From positions 1 through 64,000 of the IMG/VR virus record IMGVR_UViG_3300042336_000327: 64,000 nt of DNA; one strand, written 5' to 3'. Below, in pieces: positions 9,824 to 20,546 of the stretch (positions are counted from its first letter, which is position 1; every line of letters starts with the position of its first letter). A program made the translations under genes and the position numbers. Under the pieces are notes generated by a model that saw only the letters and a program-made list of their open reading frames with translations, had not been told where the DNA came from and searched no databases. The DNA is from an uncultured virus (IMG/VR IMGVR_UViG_3300042336_000327) (lineage: Duplodnaviria > Heunggongvirae > Uroviricota > Caudoviricetes).

Positions 9824-12800
9824 ATGCCACAAAAAACTAATTTAAATATCAATCCATATTATGATGATTTTGATAAGAATGATAATTTTTATCGTGTCTT
9901 ATTTAAACCAGGATATCCTGTACAAGCTAGAGAATTAACGACTCTACAGTCTATTCTACAGAATCAAATTGAATCTTTTGGTAGTCATATTTTCAAAGAT
10001 GGATCAATGGTGATTCCTGGTGGAGTCACATATGATAGACTTTACAATGCAGTCAAATTAAACCCACAACATTTTGGAATTGATATTTCAATTTATTTGA
10101 ATAGTATTGTTGGTAAAAAAATCACAGGTGCTGAATCTGGAGTAACTGCATCTGTACAAAAGATTCTACTTCCACCAGATTTAGATATTGAATATCCTAC
10201 AATATATGTAAAATATATAAACGCAAATATAGATTTAGAACCAGCACCATTTAATGATGGGGAAACTCTAATTCTTCAAGAATCTATAACATATGGCAAT
10301 ACAACTCTCCAGGTTGGTGATAGTTTTGCTTCTTGCGTAGATAGCAGTGCAACTTCAGTATCCTCAGCCGTTCATGTTAGTGAGGGTGTTTATTTTATTA
10401 GAGGAACTTTTGTACAAGTACAAAAAGACACTATTATATTAGATCCATACTCAAATTCATCTTCATATAGAGTTGGATTTAATATTTCTGAAGAATTAAT
10501 TTCTTCTGGCGATGATTCTTCCCTTTATGATAATGCTCGTGGATTTTCCAACTATGCCGCTCCTGGAGCAGATAGATTAAAAATTTCAACTGTTTTAGCA
10601 AAAAAAGTATTAACAGATTTTGATGATAAGAATTTTATTGAACTAGTAAGAATTGATAATGGTGAAATTAAAAAACTGCAGGATAAATCAACATATTCAA
10701 TAATCAAAGATTATTTCGCAAAGAGAACTTTTGAAGAATCTGGAGATTATTCCGTTGGGGCTTTTGGCGTTGAATTAGCAGAATCTTTAAATGATAGGTT
10801 ATCCAATGGTGGAATTTATAATTCTGATCAAAAAACAGAGCAAAATAATACCCCATCTGATGACTTAGTTTGCGTAAAAATTTCTCCAGGAAAAGCTTAT
10901 GTTAGAGGATATGATATTGATTTTCCAGGAACAACAATCTTAGATGTAGAAAAACCTAGAGATTTAGAAACAGTAACATCTGCTTCAATCCCATTTGAAA
11001 TGGGAAATCTAGTAAAAGTCAATAACGTTCGTGGATGCCCATTTGTTGGATTAAATAATAATAATAACTATGTTGATCTACAAACATATAGAAAAACTTC
11101 TAATAATGCAGCATCTGGTGAAACAATTGGTAGAGCGAGAGTTTATTCATTTTCAGCAAATTCAGATTATGTAAATGAAAGCTCAGCATTTAATCTATAT
11201 CTTTTTGATATCCAAACTTATACAAAAATAACTTTAAATGAACTTGTATTTTCTGGATTTTGTCCAGCGACAAGTTATATTAGAGGTTTAAGTAGTGGAG
11301 CTTCAGGTTATCTTGTACAAGCTCCAGGACCATCTGGGACCACAGGAATCTATCTTTCTCAAACTTCTGGAAACTTTATTGTTGGAGAGCAAGTTTTAAT
11401 TAATGAATCTTCTGAATATAGAAGATCCATTGTTGCTGTAGAAACAAATAGTATTAAGGACATAAAATCGGTTTATCAATCATATACAACTGCATCTGGA
11501 ATAACCACAGATTTTTCTGCAGATACTATTTTAGATAGAAAAATCCCAACAGGATTTTCAATAACTGATACAATTACTGTTAATTCCATTGGTATTGCAA
11601 CATGTGCTGGAAAAACCTTCAGTGGAATATCAACCAATACGATAATTAGATATCAAAGACCTGGATTCACAACTGAAACATATAATAGAGTAACAGCAGT
11701 ATCAACAGATTTACAATATTTGTATCTGACTGGAGTTAGCACAGTTTTTGGAGTATGTGATGGTGGAGTTCCAGGATCGGGAACAGTTGATGCTACTTTT
11801 ACCATCGGACTTCCAAAAGTTCAAAATGAAGATAACGCATTTTTATATGCTAAATTATCTTCTCCAAATGTTTCCACTGTAGATTTAAATTCATCTACGG
11901 TAACAATTGTAAAGCAAGTAAATGGACAATCTACAAGCCCCTCTGGAAATTTAAGTCTCAATACAAATACTTTAGGATTTAGTAGTGCATTTTTTGAACC
12001 TTATGATAGCGATAGATATTCGATAATTTATAATGATGGTGCAGTTGAACAACTAACTTCAGACCAAGTATCGTTATCTGCAAATAATTCACAAATAAAC
12101 TTTACTGGATTAAGATCTGGAATTGGTAGCGTAACAGTTAATACAACAATCAAGAGGCAGGCTGTAAAAAGTAAAAGAAAGGATTATATTAGAAGTGCTC
12201 AGATAATCGTAAGTTCTACTTCTTCTGGAGTTTCAACATCAATTTCTGGACTATCAACGAGTCCTTATTATGGTCTAAGAGTTGAAGATAGAGAAATATC
12301 ACTGAATGTCCCAGACGCTGTAAAACTGATTGCAGTTTATGAGTCTTTATCAACTTCAACACCAACTTTAGATACTTTACAATTTGTTAGTGGGTTAGGA
12401 CTTGACATTAATGCAATTATTGGTGAAAAAATTACAGGTTCTGAAAGTGGATCTGTTGCTCAAATTGTAAATAAACCATCTTCAACAGATATTCAATTTG
12501 TTTATCTAAACTCAAATAAATTTGTTGTCGGTGAGTTAGTTACTTTTAGTGAATCAAATATTCAATCATCAATTCAAGCAATTACATCTGGAAGTTATTT
12601 AAACATTACAGATAGATATTCTCTAGATAAGGGTCAAAAAGAGCAATATTACGATTACTCTAGAATTGTTAGAAATAGAGGTACTGTATCACCTTCCAGA
12701 AAGCTACTGATTATATTTGATAAGTATGTTGTCCCATCAAACGATACTGGTGACTTCTACACAGTAAATTCTTATGATAAAGAAAGATATACAAAAGATA

Positions 12801-15800
12801 TTCCAATACTAGCAAATAATACAAGAGCTTCTGATGTAATTGACTTTAGACCAAGGGTTTCCGATTTTACTTCAACTTCAAGTTCCCCATTTGATTTTTC
12901 TAGTCGCACATTTGGTTCGTCATCAGTAAATACCAATTTGGTTGTTTCTCCAAATGAAAGTTCCATTTTAGGATATAAGTATTATCTATCAAGAGTTGAT
13001 AAAGTTGTTTTAGATAAACAAGGAAATATCAGTGTAGTTAAAGGAACTTCTTCAACTCCACCTAAAGAACCAGTAAATGTTGAAGAAGCGATGACAATCG
13101 CTACAATATCTTACCCACCATACTTATACAATGTAAAAGATGCTTCTATTAATTTAATTGATAATAGAAGATATACGATGAGAGATATTGGAAAACTAGA
13201 GGACAGAATAGAAACCTTAGAAACAGTAACATCTTTAAGTTTGTTAGAACTTAATACAAAGAGTCTTCAAATACAAGATGCTGATGGACTATCAAGGTTT
13301 AAGTCAGGATTCTTTGTAGATGATTTTTCTGATAATGGAAGAATGGATTTGACAAACTTTGATTCAAAGTCTGATGTTGATACTGAAAGCAAAGAATTAA
13401 AGACACCAACTGATTTCTATTCATTAAAATTAGAACCAGCATTATCAGATTCCATTAACTCCGATACTGCAGACTTTAGCAGCAATTTGGCACTTCTAGA
13501 TCCAAATGTCAAGAAGACTGGAGATTTAATCACTCTCAATTATGAAGAAAAGGAATGGATTCAGCAACCATTAGCTTCAAGAGTTGAAAATGTAAATCCA
13601 TTCCAAATGGTTGAATATATTGGAAGAGTTATTCTCTCACCAGCTTCGGATAACTGGGTTAGAAACGTATATGTCCCTGGTGGAACTAGAACAATAACTG
13701 GTGGATGGAATGGTTCCTACATCGATAATGTTCTAATTAGTTCAGAACCAGACACGTACATGCGTTCTAGAAACGTACAATTTGCATCTGGTGGATTAAA
13801 ACCATTAGGAAGATACTACCCATTCCTTGATGGAATATCGGGTATTGATGTTGTTCCCAAACTACTTGAAATTGAAATGCAATCTGGAACTTTCTCAGTC
13901 GGAGAGACTGTAGATGGGTTTGTAGGTGCATCTAAACTCATTACTTTTAGAACATCTAGACCCGATCACAAATCTGGACCATATTTAACACCAACAACAA
14001 CGTACAATTCAAATCCATATAATACCTCATTATCATTAAGTACTCAATATTCAGCATCTGCAACGGTTTTAAATATTGATATTGCTTCACTCTCGGAAGA
14101 AGTTCTAGGCAAATATAGTGGTTATGTTACAAGTGGAATGACTCTTGTTGGACAAACTAGTGGTGCCACCTGCATAGTTTCGAATATTAGATTAGTAGCT
14201 GACACTTTTGGTGATTTAATTGGTTCATTCTTCATTAGAGATCCACTAACAACTCCTCCACCATCAATAAGAATTCAAACTGGTAGTAGAACATTTAAAC
14301 TAACAACTAGCTCAACAAATGCAACTCCACTTCCTGGTAGTTTGCTGATCAGTAGTGGTGAAACAACATATTCTGCTAGCGGAATAGTAGATACTTACAG
14401 ACAAGATACTGTTATTGTAAGAACTCCACCCCCACCACCACCTAATAGAGGTGGTGGAAAGGATCCACTTGCACAATCATTCACTGTTGATGAGACGGGT
14501 GCTTTCTTAACTGCAGTAGATTTATACTTTGCAAGCAAAGATGAAAATGAAAAATGCTATGTTGAAGTTAGAGATGTTGAACTTGGAACACCTACTGATA
14601 GACTTGTACAAGATTTTGCGAGAGTAATTTTAGAACCAAGTCAAATTGGAATATCTTCAGATGCATCTGTTGCAACAAAAGTAACTTTCCCATCACCAAT
14701 ATACTTACAACCACAAAGAGAATATGCAATTGTTGTTCTTGCACCTACAACGAATAATTATGAACTTTGGGTTGCGAGAATGGGTGAAAAGACTGTAAAT
14801 GGGCAGAATTTACCAGATGCAGAGTCTGTAATGGTAACGAAACAATATATTGGAGGAAGTCTATTTAAATCCCAAAATGGTACTATTTGGACAGCGAGCC
14901 AATTTGAAGATTTGAAATTCAAACTTTATAAAGCGAAATTTACTTCCCAATCTGGATCTGCATTCTTCTACAATCCAAAGTTAGAAGTTGGTGACTCCAA
15001 TATTCAAAAATTAATTCCAGATTCAATAAGAATCTTCCCAAGAAAAATTAATGTTGGTATTACAACTGTTTATTTAAACTCTATCAAACAACAATTAGTA
15101 CCTGGTAAGAGAGTTAAGGCAAGCACTTCTCTGGCTAATGGATACATTGAAAGAGTTGGAGGTGGTGTTTCATTCACTGGAATTACAACGATTTCTACTG
15201 GTGCTGGTTATTCTGGCGGTTCATATCCAAATGTTCGCCTATACCCAATTACAGGAAATGGTAGTGATTTAATTGCACAATCAGTTTCATTCTTCAATAC
15301 AGGAAAACTTAATCAAGTCGTAATCAATACAACTGGTATTGCAACTGGAAAAGGATTTTCTGTTGGTGATGTTGTTGGAGTTGTTACAGCAGATGTTGGC
15401 AATTCTGGTACAGGTGCTAGACTGTCTATCAGTGGAATTGATGGATATGATACACTATATTTGACTAATGTACAGGGTGACAATTTCCTTTTAGGTGGCA
15501 GTCTTCAAGTTTATACTAATGATACAACTCAAGTTTCATATGCGAATACTGTAGTTATTACATCAACAGCTGTTGGTGGTCAATATTCTGGAAATGTTCT
15601 AGAAGTTACTCAGTTTAATCATGGCATGACTTCCAATAATAATAAAGTTACTATTAGTGGAGTTAAACCAAATACAAATCCAACTTCCCTAACCGTTGAT
15701 TTAGATATAACAGATACTACAATTTCATTAGCTAATACCACTGGATTTTCAAGATTTGAAGGAATAACTACAGCATTTGGATATCTAAAAGTTAATAATG

Positions 15801-16912
15801 AAGTTATCTACTATAATAGCATTGGCAGTGGCGTACTTGGAATTGCAACCAGAGGTGTTGATGGAACTGCTATTAGAAAACACTATGTAAATGACCCTGT
15901 TTATAAGTATGAAATTGGAGATGTTTCTTTAACAAGAGTAAATAAAACCCATGACATGTCCTCTGATGCAACGTTAAGAAGTCTCAATGATATCGATAGT
16001 TATAATATTGAAATTGATAGGGGTTCTCGTTCCACTGGAGAATCGCAATTGAACTTCTCACTTGAGTCTCAAGTTGGTGGAGATGATATTTCGGTTTCTC
16101 AAAATATTCAGTATAATTCTATTATCCCACAATTCAATGTAATTACACCAGGTCAGTCTTCATCAGTTTCTGGTTCAATTAGAACAGTTTCTGGCACAAG
16201 TGCAGGTGGTTCAGAGGTATCATTCTTGGATAATGGATTTGAAGCAGTTCAACTCAATCAAATTAATGACCTTTCATCTCCAAGAATTGTATGTTCAAGA
16301 ATCAATGAGACAACAAGATTAACCACACTTCCAAAGAACAGATCTCTAACTGTTAATGTTTCAATGAAGTCTAATGATCCAAATCTTTCCCCTGCGATCG
16401 ATACTCAGACAGCATTTGTTGCTCTTGGAAGAAATCGTCTCAATAATCCAATACTTGACTATGCAAATGACTCTAGAGTTAATCAACTAAGCGGAGACCC
16501 TCATTCTGCTATCTATGTGTCTCAGAGAGTTAATTTATCTCAACCAGCAACTTCACTTAAAGTCTTTGTTTCAGCATACAGAGACTCCTCTGCAGATTTT
16601 AGAGTTCTTTATAGACTCTTTAAAGCAGACTCTAGTGAAATTGCACAATCATATAATCTGTTCCCTGGTTATGATAACTTAACTGATACAAATAACGATG
16701 GTTTTGGGGATACTATTGTTAATGAAGCAAACAATAATGGAAAACCAGATAAACTAGTTCGCTCTAGTAGGGAAAATGAATTCATTGAATATCAATTCAG
16801 TGTTGATGATTTAGAGCAATTTACTGGATATTCTATTAAAATTGTTATGAGTGGAACCAATGAGGCAAAATCTCCTAAATTTAAGGATATTCGTGCTATT
16901 GCATTGGCTTAA
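9824..16912 (+). CDS. Large virion structural protein, VrlC-like (DUF4815-type)
   Basis: Start MPQKTNLNINPYYDDFD...FKPGYPVQARELT; motifs APGADR, RTFEESGDY, RRYTMRDIGKLE, KSGFFVDDF and DPLAQSF; 2362 aa directly after gp8. Confidence 0.8.
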   Translation: MPQKTNLNINPYYDDFDKNDNFYRVLFKPGYPVQARELTTLQSILQNQIESFGSHIFKDGSMVIPGGVTYDRLYNAVKLNPQHFGIDISIYLNSIVGKKITGAESGVTASVQKILLPPDLDIEYPTIYVKYINANIDLEPAPFNDGETLILQESITYGNTTLQVGDSFASCVDSSATSVSSAVHVSEGVYFIRGTFVQVQKDTIILDPYSNSSSYRVGFNISEELISSGDDSSLYDNARGFSNYAAPGADRLKISTVLAKKVLTDFDDKNFIELVRIDNGEIKKLQDKSTYSIIKDYFAKRTFEESGDYSVGAFGVELAESLNDRLSNGGIYNSDQKTEQNNTPSDDLVCVKISPGKAYVRGYDIDFPGTTILDVEKPRDLETVTSASIPFEMGNLVKVNNVRGCPFVGLNNNNNYVDLQTYRKTSNNAASGETIGRARVYSFSANSDYVNESSAFNLYLFDIQTYTKITLNELVFSGFCPATSYIRGLSSGASGYLVQAPGPSGTTGIYLSQTSGNFIVGEQVLINESSEYRRSIVAVETNSIKDIKSVYQSYTTASGITTDFSADTILDRKIPTGFSITDTITVNSIGIATCAGKTFSGISTNTIIRYQRPGFTTETYNRVTAVSTDLQYLYLTGVSTVFGVCDGGVPGSGTVDATFTIGLPKVQNEDNAFLYAKLSSPNVSTVDLNSSTVTIVKQVNGQSTSPSGNLSLNTNTLGFSSAFFEPYDSDRYSIIYNDGAVEQLTSDQVSLSANNSQINFTGLRSGIGSVTVNTTIKRQAVKSKRKDYIRSAQIIVSSTSSGVSTSISGLSTSPYYGLRVEDREISLNVPDAVKLIAVYESLSTSTPTLDTLQFVSGLGLDINAIIGEKITGSESGSVAQIVNKPSSTDIQFVYLNSNKFVVGELVTFSESNIQSSIQAITSGSYLNITDRYSLDKGQKEQYYDYSRIVRNRGTVSPSRKLLIIFDKYVVPSNDTGDFYTVNSYDKERYTKDIPILANNTRASDVIDFRPRVSDFTSTSSSPFDFSSRTFGSSSVNTNLVVSPNESSILGYKYYLSRVDKVVLDKQGNISVVKGTSSTPPKEPVNVEEAMTIATISYPPYLYNVKDASINLIDNRRYTMRDIGKLEDRIETLETVTSLSLLELNTKSLQIQDADGLSRFKSGFFVDDFSDNGRMDLTNFDSKSDVDTESKELKTPTDFYSLKLEPALSDSINSDTADFSSNLALLDPNVKKTGDLITLNYEEKEWIQQPLASRVENVNPFQMVEYIGRVILSPASDNWVRNVYVPGGTRTITGGWNGSYIDNVLISSEPDTYMRSRNVQFASGGLKPLGRYYPFLDGISGIDVVPKLLEIEMQSGTFSVGETVDGFVGASKLITFRTSRPDHKSGPYLTPTTTYNSNPYNTSLSLSTQYSASATVLNIDIASLSEEVLGKYSGYVTSGMTLVGQTSGATCIVSNIRLVADTFGDLIGSFFIRDPLTTPPPSIRIQTGSRTFKLTTSSTNATPLPGSLLISSGETTYSASGIVDTYRQDTVIVRTPPPPPPNRGGGKDPLAQSFTVDETGAFLTAVDLYFASKDENEKCYVEVRDVELGTPTDRLVQDFARVILEPSQIGISSDASVATKVTFPSPIYLQPQREYAIVVLAPTTNNYELWVARMGEKTVNGQNLPDAESVMVTKQYIGGSLFKSQNGTIWTASQFEDLKFKLYKAKFTSQSGSAFFYNPKLEVGDSNIQKLIPDSIRIFPRKINVGITTVYLNSIKQQLVPGKRVKASTSLANGYIERVGGGVSFTGITTISTGAGYSGGSYPNVRLYPITGNGSDLIAQSVSFFNTGKLNQVVINTTGIATGKGFSVGDVVGVVTADVGNSGTGARLSISGIDGYDTLYLTNVQGDNFLLGGSLQVYTNDTTQVSYANTVVITSTAVGGQYSGNVLEVTQFNHGMTSNNNKVTISGVKPNTNPTSLTVDLDITDTTISLANTTGFSRFEGITTAFGYLKVNNEVIYYNSIGSGVLGIATRGVDGTAIRKHYVNDPVYKYEIGDVSLTRVNKTHDMSSDATLRSLNDIDSYNIEIDRGSRSTGESQLNFSLESQVGGDDISVSQNIQYNSIIPQFNVITPGQSSSVSGSIRTVSGTSAGGSEVSFLDNGFEAVQLNQINDLSSPRIVCSRINETTRLTTLPKNRSLTVNVSMKSNDPNLSPAIDTQTAFVALGRNRLNNPILDYANDSRVNQLSGDPHSAIYVSQRVNLSQPATSLKVFVSAYRDSSADFRVLYRLFKADSSEIAQSYNLFPGYDNLTDTNNDGFGDTIVNEANNNGKPDKLVRSSRENEFIEYQFSVDDLEQFTGYSIKIVMSGTNEAKSPKFKDIRAIALA

Positions 16913-16913
16913 T

Positions 16914-17123
16914 ATGAAAAAAATGATTCGTGTTGAAGGCGAAAAGAACTTGTACAGAGATACAAGTTCTGGTGCAATAATTAATACAGATGAATATGAA
17001 TATTCGCAGTATATTAAACAAAGGGAAAGAAGGAATAAAGAAAAACAAGAAATATTGGAATTGAAAAATGAATTAAGTGAAATTAAAACTCTATTAGTAC
17101 AACTTTTAAAAAATGAATCCTGA
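16914..17123 (+). CDS. Small conserved hypothetical protein with C-terminal coiled coil
   Basis: The ATG at 16914 follows the upstream stop and is a likelier start than 16851; MKKMIRVEGEKNLYRDTSSGAIINTD. Confidence 0.7.
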   Translation: MKKMIRVEGEKNLYRDTSSGAIINTDEYEYSQYIKQRERRNKEKQEILELKNELSEIKTLLVQLLKNES

Positions 17124-17295
17124 CGAAATTACTTTAGAAAATCTAAACAAAAATTTTGAATATGCAAAAATCTCAAGAGAAATTGATGCGTGTAATGATT
17201 TAGAGAAAATGCGAGATGTTGCAAAATGCTATGTCAAATTATTTTTGAAAACCCAGGAGACTATTATTTCTTTAGAGTCTATCGGAACTAAATAA
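17113..17295 (+). CDS. Small helix-loop-helix protein, possibly NblA-like
   Basis: 60 aa, overlaps the previous stop, two amphipathic helices (see findings). Confidence 0.6.
   Translation: MNPDEITLENLNKNFEYAKISREIDACNDLEKMRDVAKCYVKLFLKTQETIISLESIGTK
17287..17294 (+). promoter_or_regulatory. Late promoter variant (ACTAAATA)
   Basis: CTAAATA variant 30 nt before the ATG at 17324. Confidence 0.45.
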
Positions 17296-17323
17296 TAACA
17301 TGAGATGTTATTTCAAAAAGTAG

Positions 17324-17662
17324 ATGGCAGTATATGTATCAAATTTAGTGATTAATTGTGGTACTGACTTTTTCCAAACATTTAATCTGACTAACACTCA
17401 AGGTGATACTTCTTTTAATCTGACAAATTATTCCATAGCATCCAAACTTAAAAAACATCCTGCCAGTTCTTCTTCTACAGCATTTACAGCAACAATAAGT
17501 AATGCTGCTAATGGTACAGTTGGAATTGCCTTAACTTCTGGTCAAACCGCAGATTTAAAACCAGGTAGATATGTTTACGATATAGTAATTACTAGCTCTA
17601 CTGGATACAAAACAAGGGTTATCGAAGGAAACGCTTTAGTCAGAGAAGGAGTAACAACTTAA
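17324..17662 (+). CDS. Small beta-rich virion protein (baseplate/fiber-associated, Ig-like fold)
   Basis: GTDF..TF, LTxxQTxxLKPGRYVYDIVI and RVIEG pattern; structural cluster. Confidence 0.65.
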   Translation: MAVYVSNLVINCGTDFFQTFNLTNTQGDTSFNLTNYSIASKLKKHPASSSSTAFTATISNAANGTVGIALTSGQTADLKPGRYVYDIVITSSTGYKTRVIEGNALVREGVTT

Positions 17663-17976
17663 TGACATCTATAAAGGCTAGAGTAGGACAACAAAACACA
17701 ATTAGAGTAATTGCATCCAACTCATTTGCTGGATCTGGAATTAAATTATCTGATATATCAGATATAGATATCTCGGGTAGAGCTGATAAGTTTGTTATGG
17801 TTTATAATGCTGCTCTGAACAAATATGTATTTGTAGATCCAGATCAAATTTTAGTAGCAGCCGCTGCAACGGTAAATACAGCTTCTGCTGCTGGATTACC
17901 AGGTTCTTTTATCGATGCTTTGGATACAGATCAATCTAGAGCAAATAATATTGATTTAGATGGTGGAACTTGGTAA
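17662..17976 (+). CDS. Hypothetical virion protein
   Basis: TAATG coupling; LSDISDID motif and C-terminal LDGGTW typical of fiber-associated proteins. Confidence 0.65.
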   Translation: MTSIKARVGQQNTIRVIASNSFAGSGIKLSDISDIDISGRADKFVMVYNAALNKYVFVDPDQILVAAAATVNTASAAGLPGSFIDALDTDQSRANNIDLDGGTW

Positions 17977-17980
17977 AAAA

Positions 17981-17988
17981 TATAAATA
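17981..17988 (+). promoter_or_regulatory. T4-type late promoter (TATAAATA)
   Basis: Exact T4 late consensus in the intergenic gap before the fiber gene. Confidence 0.75.
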
Positions 17989-18024
17989 CCTAAAGGAAAG
18001 AGTATCAAAAGCGAGGCAATCTAG

Positions 18025-20148
18025 ATGACAGCCGCCGTAATTCAGTTTAAAAGAGGTAATTACGCTGGATTGCCAGCACTTGGAGCGGGGGAACCAGGAT
18101 TTACAACTGACTTTTATGATTTCTACATTGGTCTTGATGATACGATTGGTAATAATAAATTCTTCGGAAGTCAAAGATATTGGACTAGAGAAGACGGAAT
18201 TGAGTCTGCATATTTAAACTTAGTAGATAGAAACGGTTCGAACAGAATAAGTCTTAAGGCACCCAATGTACTAGCAGGTGTAACTACTTATGTACTACCA
18301 GCAACACCAGTAGCTGGTGGTCTGCTGCAATCTGATGCAAATGGTCAGTTATCCTGGTCAAGTGCATTAACACAAGTTAATTTATCAAGTCTATATGTTA
18401 CTGGATTTAGTACATTCCAGTCTGCAGTTTATGTTTCGGATACTACAGATTCATTTAATAAAGATACTGGTTCTTTAGTTGTAGATGGTGGTCTTGGAGT
18501 AGAAAAGAATACAAATATCGGTGGTCAGATTCAAGTTTCTGGGTTAGGAACTTTTGTATCTGGTCTTAGAGTCACAAGCACCACAGACTCGACTTCTACG
18601 AGCACTGGAGCAGTTGTTATTAACGGTGGGGTAGGATTAGCGAGAAATCTTTTCGTTGGTGCTGGTGCTTCTATTACAGGTGTTACAACGATTGCTAGCA
18701 CTGCCAACACAACAAACCTTGGTCAAGGTGCGTTAGATGTTAAGGGTGGTGCTAGTATTGCACAAAACCTTTATGTTGGTGCTGCTCTAAGTGTATCTCA
18801 AGCATCGACTTTTGAGGGTAATGCAGTTTTCAATGGTGACATTACTCTTGGAAATGCTGAGACAGATAATATTATTGTTAATGCTGATGTAGAAGGAAAC
18901 TGGCTTCCAAATATCGACAATGCTTATAATATTGGTGATGCAACTCAGGGAAAAACCTGGTTAAATGGTAGCTTTAGTGGAATTGTATCGGCTACTAGTG
19001 GATTAAGGGGTGCCAATGTTACTATTGGTATTACTTCAGCGAGAACCATTAATACAACATCAGGGTCTCTATTCTTAACAGGTGCAGATTCAAGAGTAGT
19101 AACAGTTGGTGATGCTAGTGTATTAGGAAATCTTGATGTTCAAGGTAATTCTACGATTGTTGGTAGCGAGACCGTCAAAAATATTCAAATAGGAGTTAAT
19201 AGTACAACTCAAATTGATACATCTTCAGGTAATCTAAGACTTGATGCTGCAACAAATACAGTTGATATTACTGCACAGACAAATACAACTGGATTTGCAA
19301 CATTTACTTCTGGTATCAAGGTAACATCTGGTGGTGCATTAATTGGTAATATTGGTGTTGGAACTGAAGGTACTAATATTATTAGTACAAACTCTGGAAA
19401 CTTAATCCTTAAGTCTGGAGAAGTTGCAACTACAGTTCGTGTTGAAGATGACCTTGTAGTCACTGGTACAATCACTGGTACAATTACAGGTACAATTTCA
19501 ACAGCAACTAGATCATCATCAATTGATGTCTCATCCGTAGTTGATTCCAATACAAGATATCTAACCTTTGTTGATTCATCAACCGCTGGAGCAGGACAAA
19601 CTGCATATGTAGATCCAACTCTATCATATAATGCAAATACAACTACATTATCAGCTCCCATTATTAGAACAGGAACTATTAATGCTGCTGATGGGTCTCC
19701 TTCAATCACAGTTTCAAATACTACTGGTAATGTAAGTTTTGCAAGTAGTGTCACAATCACAGGCGATATTACTGTACTTGGAACCCAAACAATTGTTAAT
19801 ACTGAACAACTTAAAGTTGAAGATAGTATTATTGAACTTGGATTAGTTAATAGTGGAGGCAGCTTAGTACCACCATCAACCGATCAAAATATTGATGTTG
19901 GTGTTGTAATGCATTATTACACAACATCAGCGAAAAAAGCTGCAATTTATTGGGATGAATCTGTAAATAGAGTTGCTGTTGCATCATCTGTAACAGAAAC
20001 TTCAAGCGTTATGTCGGATGTTGTTTATGCACCGATTGAAATTGGTTCTCTTTGGGTTAATGATTGTGCTGGTCAATCTCAAGTTATTACATGCGTAGGT
20101 GGAGAAAGATTCCTTCAAAATATCACAATCGATGGTGGTGCATTCTGA
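18025..20148 (+). CDS. Tail/neck fiber-like protein
   Basis: N-terminal IQFKRG...L..GEPGFTTD motif, repeated ST.TGA.V..GG.G...NL.VG units, G/T/S/V-rich, C-terminal IDGGAF. Confidence 0.7.
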   Translation: MTAAVIQFKRGNYAGLPALGAGEPGFTTDFYDFYIGLDDTIGNNKFFGSQRYWTREDGIESAYLNLVDRNGSNRISLKAPNVLAGVTTYVLPATPVAGGLLQSDANGQLSWSSALTQVNLSSLYVTGFSTFQSAVYVSDTTDSFNKDTGSLVVDGGLGVEKNTNIGGQIQVSGLGTFVSGLRVTSTTDSTSTSTGAVVINGGVGLARNLFVGAGASITGVTTIASTANTTNLGQGALDVKGGASIAQNLYVGAALSVSQASTFEGNAVFNGDITLGNAETDNIIVNADVEGNWLPNIDNAYNIGDATQGKTWLNGSFSGIVSATSGLRGANVTIGITSARTINTTSGSLFLTGADSRVVTVGDASVLGNLDVQGNSTIVGSETVKNIQIGVNSTTQIDTSSGNLRLDAATNTVDITAQTNTTGFATFTSGIKVTSGGALIGNIGVGTEGTNIISTNSGNLILKSGEVATTVRVEDDLVVTGTITGTITGTISTATRSSSIDVSSVVDSNTRYLTFVDSSTAGAGQTAYVDPTLSYNANTTTLSAPIIRTGTINAADGSPSITVSNTTGNVSFASSVTITGDITVLGTQTIVNTEQLKVEDSIIELGLVNSGGSLVPPSTDQNIDVGVVMHYYTTSAKKAAIYWDESVNRVAVASSVTETSSVMSDVVYAPIEIGSLWVNDCAGQSQVITCVGGERFLQNITIDGGAF

Positions 20149-20150
20149 TA

Positions 20151-20158
20151 GATAAATA
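20151..20158 (+). promoter_or_regulatory. Late promoter (GATAAATA)
   Basis: NATAAATA upstream of the 20181-gp13-gp14-gp15 genes. Confidence 0.55.
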
Positions 20159-20180
20159 ACTTTATTATGGAATCATTAAT

Positions 20181-20546
20181 ATGGCTTCAGACGTAGATTA
20201 TAAAATTTTATTAGGTTCTTATCAACAGAAATCTTTTGATTTATTAAATCAAGTGATTGCTTTAGAAGCTCGTGTTTCTTCTAGTAATCAAATTATTGAT
20301 GGATTAAATAAAAGAGTTCAAGATTTAATTGCTGAATTGGAAAAGGCAAAAGCAATTATTGCCGAATTGAAAATTGCTGAAATGGAAAGATTAGAGGAGG
20401 AAGAAAGGAAGTTATTAGAAACTGTAGAGTCAGAAATGCAATTTGGATTGGTTTCTATGCCACCAAAGAAAAAGATCAAAAAGACAGTTACGAGTGAGGA
20501 TGTTGAGTTGATAGAAGATACTAAACCTAATGAGGGAGAACTCTAA
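20181..20546 (+). CDS. Hypothetical coiled-coil protein
   Basis: Heptad-rich 121-aa ORF coupled to gp13 by TAATG. Confidence 0.65.
   Translation: MASDVDYKILLGSYQQKSFDLLNQVIALEARVSSSNQIIDGLNKRVQDLIAELEKAKAIIAELKIAEMERLEEEERKLLETVESEMQFGLVSMPPKKKIKKTVTSEDVELIEDTKPNEGEL

Noticed and set aside
14424..14460. Poly-proline tract TPPPPPPNRGGGK in the VrlC-like protein (C-rich DNA)
   Set aside because: An in-frame linker before DPLAQSF; no sign of frameshift or a slippage-prone homopolymer.
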